NCBI RefSeq assembly: GCF_000143415.4
Contig: NW_003314303.1
Coordinates: forward strand, 1,594,785-1,658,784
DNA from: Selaginella moellendorffii
Taxonomy: Eukaryota > Plantae > Lycopodiophyta
Length of the DNA stretch: 64,000 bases
Reading direction: 5' to 3'
The position numbers and the translations under genes are program-made. The notes below the pieces were generated by a model. The model worked only from the letters and a program-made list of their open reading frames with translations. It made no database searches and was not told the DNA's origin. Positions 11,721-21,927 of the stretch are shown piece by piece (within the stretch, counting starts at the first letter, position 1; each line of letters begins with the position of its first letter).

Positions 11721-14668
11721 GGGCGCAAGGAGCTACTCACAAAGCATCAAAGGGAATCTCACCAGGATTTGCCCAAATTCGCGATCCAGCGAGCGCTCCC
11801 GGCGAGTGGCGCGGCATTTAAGGCGATTGCTGGGGTGGATCCAGCTGCCCATCACATCAAAAATCCATCTTGGTATCGCTCGCGAGAGAGAAAAGAGAGG
11901 GGCTGCGGTGGATCAGTGGTTGAAACAAGTCAATGAAAAGGAGCCATTTTATTCCACCGTGTAATGTCCGGACGTTCTCATGCGCCACCCAAGTTTGACT
12001 TTGCCAAAGTAAAGTATCTAGAAGAAATTTTTTGATTGTCAGTTATTATCATGGTCAAAGAGGAACTAGCGATGGATGGTAAAAGGAATCTTTCCCAGGT
12101 TGAAATTGAGAATTCTTCACAGTAGAGGAAATTTTACGAATGGATCAAGTGCTCTAGTCGTTTCTGGCTTGACCACAAAACATGTCATACATACATCCAT
12201 AGAACAACGAATTCTAGACACAAACACCACGCTCTTTCTCTGCCCCAGGTCATACAGCTCACAATTGAATATGGCTGACCATGTAGCATTAGTACTGGGT
12301 CTCAAGGTGGCTCGGAGTCATAGGATCATAAGTGTTATATATTGCTGTGTGCAAGATATTTCTCCTTCATATGGACAATTGCAACATTTAAACCAACAGG
12401 GTGGTAATGTAATGGGTTTAGGTACGGGGCTTGAAATTGTGAGGATCTGGGTTCTTGACGCTCAGCATGGCAAGGATAGGCAAATATTAAATCACTTCCT
12501 CTTTTGCATCTTGGTGTCTGATGCATTTTCTGTATTGTTTTTTCTGCTTTAAGACGCATTCCAGAAAAAAAAAACATAAGTTTTTTGCAGCTTTAACATA
12601 TTAGTTTGATTCCAAAATAATAAATTCATGATAAAATACTGAAACAATTTTAGTTCGCTTAAATATTATTTACAAAGAAGATTATTTTATAAGCCTACAG
12701 ACCAAAGGTTTTTAATCATAAGTTTACTATATATTCTATAAATTTGCATGCAAAAATAATACTAGATTTTTATATTCAATATAAAAATATTTTATATATA
12801 CAATTTCTTGGGTACATGAATTTATATTAAATCTCACAAACATAATACTAACCCAAACTATTTGAAGCCCTTGATGATTGTGGTAGTCATTGTGAATTTT
12901 GACTGAAATATGGGTATTATAGTAGTTGATAAAAAAGTTGATACCGCTTATGTAAATTTATATTTCTATTTTCTGTTGAAAGAGATCTCGGTGTAATATT
13001 TAATGTCTTTTGATATATAAAATATAAAAATTAATTTTACTAACTATAATCTTTGCAATACATAAATTCAAGGTCTTAAAATCTTTGAATAAAAATAATT
13101 ACTTCTAAATTTTATGGCCACTGAATAAAAGATTTTAAATTTTACACCATCTAAATTCCTCTTTTTCCCTAATGTTGAGTGCAAGCTTTGTTTATGTAGT
13201 ACAAAATTTATTTCAAGATGAAAACTTTCCCTTTTTTTTATTTTCAAGGGGTTGACAAAATGAGTAATTCCTAATCATATACTTTTAGATTGGCTAATAA
13301 TAAGTGGACTAAAAAACTTTTTTTCCTTCAAAGAACTTAGATTCATTTAATTTCACATAAATAAACTTTTGTACTTGGTTGGAAGGGTATATTAGTGACA
13401 AGCTCTAGAATTATGTCAACATCTGAAAAAGGATATGCAATATTTTTATTAAGGTAAAACTAATTTTAAAATTATTTATCAACTTAATATTAAGAAAAAG
13501 TATTTGTTAATGCTGATTTAATTCTTAATGTTTTTTGATATGTAAAAAAGTTTCAATAATTTTGCATAACTAAATATAAAGTCTGGATAATACTAGGATA
13601 TATGCAAAAAACATAAATAATTTCTTCATCAAAGAAACATAAATCTAAATTTCCATGTTCTTGTAGTCTTAATACATTTATTTATAATTTTTGACAACTA
13701 TAAAATAATTTTTTTAAATAATTAAAATCATCTAAAAACATCAATTAGATATTTTTATTTGTAAATACTGAAGATTGCTGATATAATAAATATTGATGTG
13801 ACATACTAAATGAACCACTTATTAGCATGTATTTTAAACTATTACAGCTAATACTGATTTTTATTATTTATGGTCTATATGAATATTATTTTCTAATAAA
13901 TTAGTAAATATAAAATAATTTTTTTATAATTATACATGAAGTTACAAAAGTTGCTATATCACTATAATTATTTCATAGTAACATATATAATACATTTTTT
14001 TTATGGTTATTCCTACTTTTGAACCACTTTCATTATTAATTGTACCTAGAATAAAAACAGCATATGCATTAGTGGTATTTTTTTCAACATTTAAAGTTCC
14101 ATGTAAACTTTAACCTTTTGGAAGTTTAGTATTTGGTATAGTATTAATTGCCTTTGCCATTGTATTTACTATAATATTTATTATTAATACATTTAAAATA
14201 TCAAAATCACTAATGTCAAATTCAATTTCTTGTATAAATACTTTTACTACAAGTAATATTAAAAAAAATCTTTGTAGATTTCATTATGTTTTTGTTTGTT
14301 ATGCTTTACACTTTTAAGACTGGAGTGAAAACGTGTTTATTAATCATAGTTTATAATTTTTCAGTTGTGAGTACTCAAAAAAGAAATAAAACAAATATGT
14401 TTAAGAACTAAGAATAAAATTCATATTGGATTTCAATTTTAATTTAGGAAATATCAGCCTTTCAGTTTGTTTAGCAATCTTGATGGCTAAAGATGGTATA
14501 TGTTCATTTTATTTTACGCTAATTTATATTTGTCTTCTGAATATTGCAATGAAAGAGGACATTCCAAAAATTAGTTTACATATCTGCCTGGTAATTGGAG
14601 AAATGTATCGGACTCTCTTCCAGCTTTCGTTAATGCAAAGTTCAAAGTTAGACGAAGCCTCCTTTTAA

Positions 14669-16066
14669 TCAAGAAAATGTCAACTGAAGCATAGCCGTGG
14701 ATAAGAGCATGTAGGGAGCGCTCTTGTCTTCGCTCACATTGCACTTTGGCGCATTGATGGATCCAATCTCGCCATGGCTCCTGCGTGCAGCAAGCAAGCT
14801 CACACACACGGCATGGTCAGGCAAATAAGGCATTGAATCGATCAAGTCTTGGGCATCTTCCAGCCGCCCCAATCTCCCAAGAATGTCAACCATGCAGCAG
14901 TAGTGCTGCAAGCTCGGCAAAATGCCGTGATCGGCAACCATTCCCACAAAATGGGATCGAGCGCTCTCGAGCTGCCCAGAATGGCTGTGGGCAGTCAAAA
15001 TGCCCGCGTACGTGGTCGCATCGGGCTTCATCCCCTCCAGTTCCATGCTGTGGTATAGCCCCACGGCAACCGCGGTGTAACCGTGGTGACCACATGCGGC
15101 AACCACGGCGTTCCATGTCAGTGTGCTCCACGCCGGCATCCTGCCAAGGATCTTTGTCGACTCTCGGAGATTCCCAGCCCGACAGTAGGCCGCAATGAGG
15201 GTGTTCCAGACTACCAGGTTGTGCTCGGGCATGGAATCAAACACGGCTTTAGCTTTTCCAAGGTCTCCAGATGCGGCATTTGCTGTGATTATCGACGTCC
15301 ATGCAATGGTTGAAATATGGGGCATAGTTTTGAGCAATTCCACAGCTCTATCTGCGTCTCCAAGCATTGAGTAAGACGAAACCATGGCGTTCCACGAGAC
15401 TTCGTTTCTCTGAGGCATATTCTGGAATAGTTCCCCCGCTTCTCTGATCATTCCTGCCTGTGCATTTGCGAAAATGAGAGAGGTCCACGAGACGAGAGTG
15501 GTCTGTGGTATTTTCTCAAACAGTGATCTTGCTTCCAGAATGTTTGTGTTTTCAGAAGCGGCTTGTAACATTGCGTCCCACGCTACAGCATCACGGGCAG
15601 GCATTCTCTCAAAAACACGCTTTGCTTCTTCGAGAAGCCCATTCACCGCATTTGCAGAAAGCATAGCGGTCCAAGCAACGACGCAGCTTTGCTGAATCGT
15701 CTTGAAAATATGACTACACTGAAGAAGATCACCGTTTTGCGAGTACGCAACTAAAAGTGCTGTGCTTGCAACAACCCCGTGCGAAGGCATTGCATCAAAC
15801 TGCCTCCTCGCGTCATCAAGATGCCCGTTGCGGGCATAAGCCAACACCATGAAGTTCCACGAGTAAACATTCCGCTGCTTCACGGAATCAAACGCAGCAC
15901 GCGCCTGTGCCAGGCTTCCGCTCCGCCCATAAGCCTCGATCAGAAAATTCGCAAGGAGACGATCGGATCTAAACTCTTCCGCCCCAAGAATGATCGCGTG
16001 GATCCGAGTCGTGTCCACGAGACTCGTGCTTTGCCGGAGACGATTCGCGAGAAGCGCAACATTCAT
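14669..16066 (-). CDS. PLS-class PPR protein with a truncated E domain and no DYW domain, 465 aa
   Basis: Intronless. Repeated 31-35-aa W-T/N-A/S-M/L motifs, PDATTYAGILTAHSHSG, HYCCMVDILGRLG; ends at SAPYMLLS. Confidence 0.9.
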   Translation of the reverse strand: MNVALLANRLRQSTSLVDTTRIHAIILGAEEFRSDRLLANFLIEAYGRSGSLAQARAAFDSVKQRNVYSWNFMVLAYARNGHLDDARRQFDAMPSHGVVASTALLVAYSQNGDLLQCSHIFKTIQQSCVVAWTAMLSANAVNGLLEEAKRVFERMPARDAVAWDAMLQAASENTNILEARSLFEKIPQTTLVSWTSLIFANAQAGMIREAGELFQNMPQRNEVSWNAMVSSYSMLGDADRAVELLKTMPHISTIAWTSIITANAASGDLGKAKAVFDSMPEHNLVVWNTLIAAYCRAGNLRESTKILGRMPAWSTLTWNAVVAACGHHGYTAVAVGLYHSMELEGMKPDATTYAGILTAHSHSGQLESARSHFVGMVADHGILPSLQHYCCMVDILGRLGRLEDAQDLIDSMPYLPDHAVCVSLLAARRSHGEIGSINAPKCNVSEDKSAPYMLLSTAMLQLTFS

Positions 16067-16275
16067 AGGCGCCGAAAAAATGGAGTCTCACATTGTTAGT
16101 CCACGATGGTCAGCGCAATGTCAACGGTGGTCAACAAAGCCCGAGATGATCGTCCATTGTTAGGATCAACGGTGGTCGATCAAGCGGCCAAGTGGCCAGC
16201 ACTTGGCTTCCCACGGGAGGAACAAAAAATTTATCTGTAGCCTAGGTTATTCCCTCATTCGCTCATTCTCTCTTC

Positions 16276-17159
16276 ATGGCTCTCTTGTTCTTCGAGGAGT
16301 ATGCCGCGAATTCCTACCTCTACGCCGTCTTGGTGATCGGATTGGCATCGCTTCTTCCCATGGGATTGCTGGAGCTCAAAGGAGGAGGTCTGAGGTACTC
16401 CAAATTCGCCGAGGGGAAGAGTCCGCTAGGCGAAATCCCCAGCAGAATCGCCATGTTTCTCTTCTATTTCCCCTCGGCGGCATTGGCAGGAGCTGTTTTG
16501 AGCGCCACCATGGGAATTCTCCCATCGCCCGTCCCGGAATTCCTCAAGAACGCTCACCCTAGTCCCAGGTTCCTGGTGCTCACCGCTGCGATTTGCATCC
16601 ATTTCTCCAAGAGGGTCATCGAGGCAAGTGATTCTCTCCAAGCTGGTCACACTTTCTGACGATCTTTCGATCCATCCAGGTGCTGTTCGTGCACAAGTAC
16701 TCCGGCAATGCCGAGCTCCTGTCCAGCTTGAGCATCGTGTTCTTCTACACGGCCTCCACGGCCAATCTCCTCTACGCGCAGCGAGTCGCGGAGGATCTGG
16801 CACCGCCCAAGATCGACTTGATGTTCCTGGGGTGTGTGTTCTTCGTGGTCGGCATCGTCGGGAACTTCTACCACCACGATTTGCTCGCCCAGCTGAGAAG
16901 TGGCCGCTCCCCGCAGCAGCCGAGATACGTGGTTCCTCACGGCGGATTGTTCGATCTCGTCGCGTGCCCGCACTATCTGTTCGAGATCATCGATTTCATA
17001 GGCCTGGGGATGATCTCCCAGACTGCCATCAGCGCCGCCACAGTGATGCTCGTCGCCTTCTACCTCACCTCGCGAAGCATTTCCACCCGGCGATGGTACC
17101 TCAAGAAAGTCGATGGCTTCCCGAGAGAGAGGAAGGCTTTGATTCCATTTGTCCTGTAA
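16276..17159 (+). CDS. 3-oxo-5-alpha-steroid 4-dehydrogenase (steroid 5-alpha-reductase) family membrane protein. Exons 16276-16623 and 16680-17159; 275 aa.
   Basis: Motifs YSKF, HFSKRVIE|VLFVHKYSG, GNFYHH, YVVPHGGLFDLVACPHYLFEI and RKALIPFVL. The exons are joined by a 56-nt GC-AG intron. Confidence 0.9.
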
Positions 17160-17184
17160 ATGACGTGTCAGTGACATGTCAGCC

Positions 17185-17350
17185 GTGGTTTACACGTAAG
17201 ATTTTTCGGTGCCACATCAAGAAGCGATATTCGTTTAGGGTGACGTGTTTAACACGTGTAAAATCTGTCGGTGCCACGTCAGGAAGCTATTTGCTTAACA
17301 CATGTAAAATCTGTCGGTGCCCGGAGAAAGGATATTCGCTTAGGGTTTAT
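17185..17350 (+). repeat. Three imperfect tandem copies of ACAC(G/A)TGTAAAATCTGTCGGTGCC, plus telobox-like TAGGGTTT, upstream of the YL1-like gene
   Basis: Copies at about 17192, 17252 and 17298; TAGGGTTT at 17341. Confidence 0.65.
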
Positions 17351-17496
17351 GGTGATTTTAGGGAAGAAGGCAGAGGAGAGGAAGGAATCGCTTTGGCGCG
17401 CGGCGAGGGGATGATTTCTTCCAGCGGCTCCACTCCTTGCTGATTTGGGCGGTTACATTTGTGGCACTCGTTTCTCGATTGGGCGGGCCAGCAGCT

Positions 17497-18126
17497 ATGT
17501 CGGCCGTGCTTGCGTCCCCATTTCTTGCGCAGCAAATCCGAGCTCCCGACGGTAAGTCTTTTCCTCGATTTCCTCAGTAGCTGCAATTCTATCCAAATCT
17601 ACAGTAGGAGCGGCTATTACTGGGAGTAGCGTTAGGATAATTCATGTTGGTCACCGCAAATTCGATGTCTCGGCTCTAGCAGTGACAACCACTTGCAGCG
17701 CGATGAGGGTATGTGTGACTGATCGATTTTTCTTGGTCGAAAGTTGTCTAAACTTCTTGGGATTTCTAGGCAACGTGTGAAGCCCAGCAGCAAACAATCC
17801 AAAACCAGTCGGCTGTCGTCTCCAAGACGGCTCCAATGCAATGTAAGCGTTTGTTCTTTGTGTTCTTCGTGTCGAATGGTAGAGAAGGGCTTCTTATCGA
17901 TGGTTTTGTGTCTCGATCGCCAGCGAAGGAAGCTTTCGTCCCCAAGCTTGACGATGGCGGTGGCGGTGGCCCCGGCGGCGGGGACGACGGTGGTGGCGAT
18001 GGTGGCGGCGGTGGCGGAGGATGGGGAGCTGGGGGATGGTGCTTCTGGGGCGTGCTACTTCTACTTGGATTTCTAAAGAGCAACGAGGAGAACAGCAAGA
18101 AGAGGAGAAGGCGAAGACAATTGTAA
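17497..18126 (+). CDS. YELLOW LEAF1 / RF2-like small Gly-rich organellar protein. Exons 17497-17551, 17605-17708, 17770-17842, 17924-18126; 144 aa.
   Basis: Three GT-AG introns give an open frame: MSAVLASPFLAQQIRAP...TCSAMR|ATCEAQQQT...TAPMQ|SKEAFVPKLDDGGGG..W..GGWCFWGVLLLLGFLK. This fits the YL1-family pattern (LDDGG, poly-Gly, W-GG, hydrophobic segment, LGFLK). Confidence 0.75.
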
Positions 18127-18591
18127 ATTTTTTTTTTTCCAATCGATCATATTTCTTTGAATTAGGGTTCGTCTGGAGATGAAATTTGAACATCCGTGAC
18201 TGAAGAATGAAAAAATTAATTTTTGTGGGGAGGGATTCTTGCAACACTCATTCAAAACATCCATATAAAACTGGCAATTGCCAATGTCATGTCACTACTA
18301 TTGAGATCGCTATGGATGGGGTGAAACAACTAATTTAAAACCTGCAATCTTAGTAATAATGACATTAGTAGTTGCCAGTTGTATGTGGATTTTATGAATC
18401 AGTGTCACAAAAGTCCTTCCCCACAAAAATTATTCTTCAGTCGGTTGTTGTTTTATGGGAGTATTTAAAAGTCATAAATTGTTGCTATTTTTAAAAAAAA
18501 AATTCCTACTCAAAAAGCGTAAAGAACAAAAAAGGCCACCTGGAAATTTAAGAGCACGATTCGGGTTTTTTAAAAGAATAAAAGTTGATAA

Positions 18592-18664
18592 TGGAGATGA
18601 GGGGCATCGATCCCCTTACCTATCGCATGCGAAGCGATCGCTCTACCATCTGAGCTACATCCCC
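18592..18664 (-). tRNA. tRNA-Ala (anticodon CGC)
   Basis: GGGGATGTAGCTCAGATGGTAGAGCGATCGCTTCGCATGCGATAGGTAAGGGGATCGATGCCCCTCATCTCCA: 73-nt cloverleaf with a G3:U70 Ala determinant and anticodon loop TTCGCAT. Confidence 0.95.
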
Positions 18665-18721
18665 AAATCGTGATAACCAATTTAAATTCCTCCATCTTGT
18701 GGTGTCGTTAGAACCCTAGGA

Positions 18722-20680
18722 ATGATGGCGTGCGTCCAGGCGATCACGCGCTGGAATGCGGCCGCGCGCGAGCACGTCATTGCCGATCCTGGTAAGCGCA
18801 CAGCTCTGCCACTCCAGATCGTATCCGACGAGTCCAAGAATCTGGCGGATTGCCTCCAATCTCACAAGAAAGCGCGCAATCTCCTGTCCAGGGCGCGCGA
18901 TCCGCCCCGGAAGACCACGTACAGGCTCGTCGTGAGAGAGCTGTGCAATGGCGGGGATCTAGACGCCGCTCACAGGGTTTTGGATCTCATGGAAGAGAAA
19001 TTCCAGGCCAGGGACGTGATAGCTTGCAGCGCTGTGATCCACTGGTGCTTCCAGAGCAAGAAATATGGAGAAGCCTACGAGCTCCTCAAATCCGCCATCG
19101 CTGGAGGCTGCCGTCCAAACGTCGTGACATACGGAGTGGTGATCGAGGGACTTTGCAAGGCGCGGCGGCTCAAAGCCGCGCTGGAGCTCCTCGAGGAGAT
19201 GATCCTTGGCGGAGCTGTGGCTCCGAACGTGGTGATCTTCAACAGCGTCGTGAATGGATTTGCCCGAGCCGGGCATTTGGATGGCGCTCTTGGGACTCTC
19301 CGGATGATGAGAAAGGCTGGGTGTAATCCAGACGAGGTAACTTACAACACTTTGATCGATGTTTTCCACAAGCTTGAGAGGTTTGACAGTGCTCGTGAGC
19401 TCCTGGAACAGATGTGGGACTCGGGGATTCGTCCCGGCGTGGTTGCTTACAACACGATCATCTCGGGACACTGCAAGTCGGGGGATGTGGATGGCGCTCT
19501 CGAGATCTTGAGCTTGATGAAAGGTAGAGGTTGCTGGCCGGATCTCTTCACGTACTCGACGCTCATCGCTGCGTTTCTAAAACTTGGCAGGGATCGAGAG
19601 CTCCGGAAGTTTGTCAACGTTCTAGTTTCACGGACCTCGATTCCTCCTCTCGTGCCAACTTACGAGCCTCTGATACAGTCGCTGTGCAAGAGGCAGAAGA
19701 TCCACGAGGCCTTAACGCTCCTGGATCATATGGTGAGGAGTGGACGTCCTCCGGAGATGGCTGAGACTTACAACAATGTCATCGCGAGTTTCTGCGAGGT
19801 GTGCAACGTGAGAAAGGCCAAGGGGATTCTAGAGCTGATGATTGATAGCGGATGCAAGCCAGACGTTGTCACTTACAACACTTTGATCAGCGGGCTCTGC
19901 AAACTTCGAAGAGCCGACGACGCTTTGCAGCTCATGCGAGAGATGGAGCCAGCTCCAAACACGATCACGTACAACACCGTCATCAACGGACTCTGGAGGT
20001 CCAGGAAGGATACAGAAGCTCAGGCTTTGCTGGACGAGATGATCAGCGTGGGGTGTCCATTCAGCGTCTCTACTTACAACTGCGTTATCGCGAATCTCTG
20101 CCGGTCTCGCGAGATGGAGAAAGCAGTGGACGTCTTTCTCTACATGAGGAAGAAGAAATGCGAAGCGGACGAGGTAACTTTCGCAACGCTGGTGGACGGG
20201 TTTCTCCGAGACAAGAGGTTGGAGGATGCTGGTGGAACGCTGGACTGGATGGCAAGAGCAGGGATTCCCTCGGATGTTAAAAGCTACACCAAGCTTCTCA
20301 ACGCTCTATGCGACAGAGGCTCTGCTCAAAAGGCCTGCGAGATTTTCAACCTGATGGTGGACCGAGGATACGCTCCAACTCTCGTGAGCTACAACGTTTT
20401 GCTCAAAGGGTTGTGCAAGGCACTCAGGGTGGAGCACGCGCTGGTGTTGTTCAGGGAGATGCAAGAAAGAGAAATCCAGCCGGACGTGGTGAGCTACACC
20501 ACAGTTATCAAAGGTCTCTGTGCTGCGCGAAGAATCGACGAAGCCATCGATTTGTTTCGAGACCCCAGTTTCTTGGAGCCAAATGATATCACGCACGAGA
20601 CACTGAGAATTGGACTTGAGAAGTCGGGCCGCCTGGAAGACTATTCTTCGGTGACAGGAAGAAAGGATCAAAATGCATGA
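18722..20680 (+). CDS. P-class PPR protein, 652 aa
   Basis: Intronless, with many tandem 35-aa motifs of the PNVVTYNTLISGLCK type. Confidence 0.93.
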   Translation: MMACVQAITRWNAAAREHVIADPGKRTALPLQIVSDESKNLADCLQSHKKARNLLSRARDPPRKTTYRLVVRELCNGGDLDAAHRVLDLMEEKFQARDVIACSAVIHWCFQSKKYGEAYELLKSAIAGGCRPNVVTYGVVIEGLCKARRLKAALELLEEMILGGAVAPNVVIFNSVVNGFARAGHLDGALGTLRMMRKAGCNPDEVTYNTLIDVFHKLERFDSARELLEQMWDSGIRPGVVAYNTIISGHCKSGDVDGALEILSLMKGRGCWPDLFTYSTLIAAFLKLGRDRELRKFVNVLVSRTSIPPLVPTYEPLIQSLCKRQKIHEALTLLDHMVRSGRPPEMAETYNNVIASFCEVCNVRKAKGILELMIDSGCKPDVVTYNTLISGLCKLRRADDALQLMREMEPAPNTITYNTVINGLWRSRKDTEAQALLDEMISVGCPFSVSTYNCVIANLCRSREMEKAVDVFLYMRKKKCEADEVTFATLVDGFLRDKRLEDAGGTLDWMARAGIPSDVKSYTKLLNALCDRGSAQKACEIFNLMVDRGYAPTLVSYNVLLKGLCKALRVEHALVLFREMQEREIQPDVVSYTTVIKGLCAARRIDEAIDLFRDPSFLEPNDITHETLRIGLEKSGRLEDYSSVTGRKDQNA

Positions 20681-20725
20681 CGCTGACCCCGTACACTTTT
20701 AAGGGTTTGTTCTTTCTTCGTTCTC

Positions 20726-21906
20726 ATGGCTACTGACTTTACTATCAGAGAAGCTGTGAAGCAAGATCTAGTTCCTGCTGCGACCGTTCTATACAATGCG
20801 TTTCTGGAGATAAACAGTGCTACAAATGCTGCTGCTGTGGAGGTCGATTTTCCAAGTGTGGAAGTAGCCATCGCAGCAGTCAGAGGTCGACTGGAAGATG
20901 AAAGCTCAGCTGGTGTTGTGGCCGTCCAAGGGGGAGCTGTCATCGGTGTGGGATTCATCGTTTTTGGTTAAGTTGCTGAATTCTGGAATCTGGAATCTAA
21001 ACCACAAGCCTTTGTTTCAGGAGGAGAGGTGAATTCTCTGGCCCTTGTCTCGGTGATGCCTAGCACAGCAAACAAAGGTGTGGGGAAAGCTATCACTTTG
21101 AGCTTGCTGGAGAAATCCCGCAACACAAGCGCAGCATCTATACGACTGGTTCAGGTTCGCAACTTTTGACTCTGGCTTCTCAAAACGGTTTTCTCTCGGG
21201 CGTCAGGGAGCTCCGAACACGAAGAGCTTTTCCTTGTACGTGAAATTCGGCTTTCGTCCCGTGGAGTTCTGGAGTAATTTTCACGGCTCACTCAGCAAAG
21301 ACCAAGCCGAGAAAGCTGCCAACATCGCTGGCATCTCACTAGCTGGTAGTCCAGTTTTATACAAGATTTACACTTACTACATCTTTGACAGGCTATGTTG
21401 TCCGGGAGATGGAGCCGAACGACGTGGATGCTTGCTCCAAGCTCTTCAAGAAGACGCTGGGATACGACCGTGAAGCTCAGATCAGAGACGTGCAGCTTCG
21501 AGCATTAGGAAACGGCAGTGTTCTAGTGGTCATCAAAGACGGAACTATAGTGTGAGAACAGTGCCAAAGTTTTACCTTTCCAGATTCTCAAGCTTTGTCT
21601 TTGTGGCTCAGGGGATACACGACGGGTTTTGTTCGCAGTGGCTATGTGATTGCTACAAACGAAGAAGCTGCCATTGCATTATACTCGAGAGCAGCTCATC
21701 TTCATATATACATCTTGGGACAGCTCTATCCAACTTTGCTGCGATGGGCGCTCGAAGCTGGCCTTCCATTGATCAGGTACCTCTCTTTTCCTGTGAAGCT
21801 ATTCTTTTTACAAGATGGAATTTGCAGGCATGGATCGTTTATGGTTCTCGGCAGCTATCTCCGGCCGCAGCAAGGCATGCTGTGGAGTCTCTGTGGAGTC
21901 AATTGA
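20726..21906 (+). CDS. Tandem GNAT N-acetyltransferase (bacterial-type). Exons 20726-20966, 21021-21154, 21207-21345, 21392-21551, 21612-21776, 21828-21906; 305 aa.
   Basis: Five GT-AG introns (46-60 nt) give an uninterrupted frame. Acetyl-CoA motif VSVMPSTANKGVGK, IRLVQ..NTKSFSLYVKFGF, and a second GNAT start YVVREMEPNDVDAC. Confidence 0.82.
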
Positions 21907-21927
21907 TCCACTCATCTATCTCCAGTC

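Noticed and set aside
12600-14660. Possible giant-virus or organellar insertion in the AT-rich block
   Set aside because: No recognisable motif or long ORF by eye; cannot be supported without a database search.
18455-18673. 72-aa ORF
   Set aside because: Overlaps tRNA-Ala and poly-A tracts; spurious.
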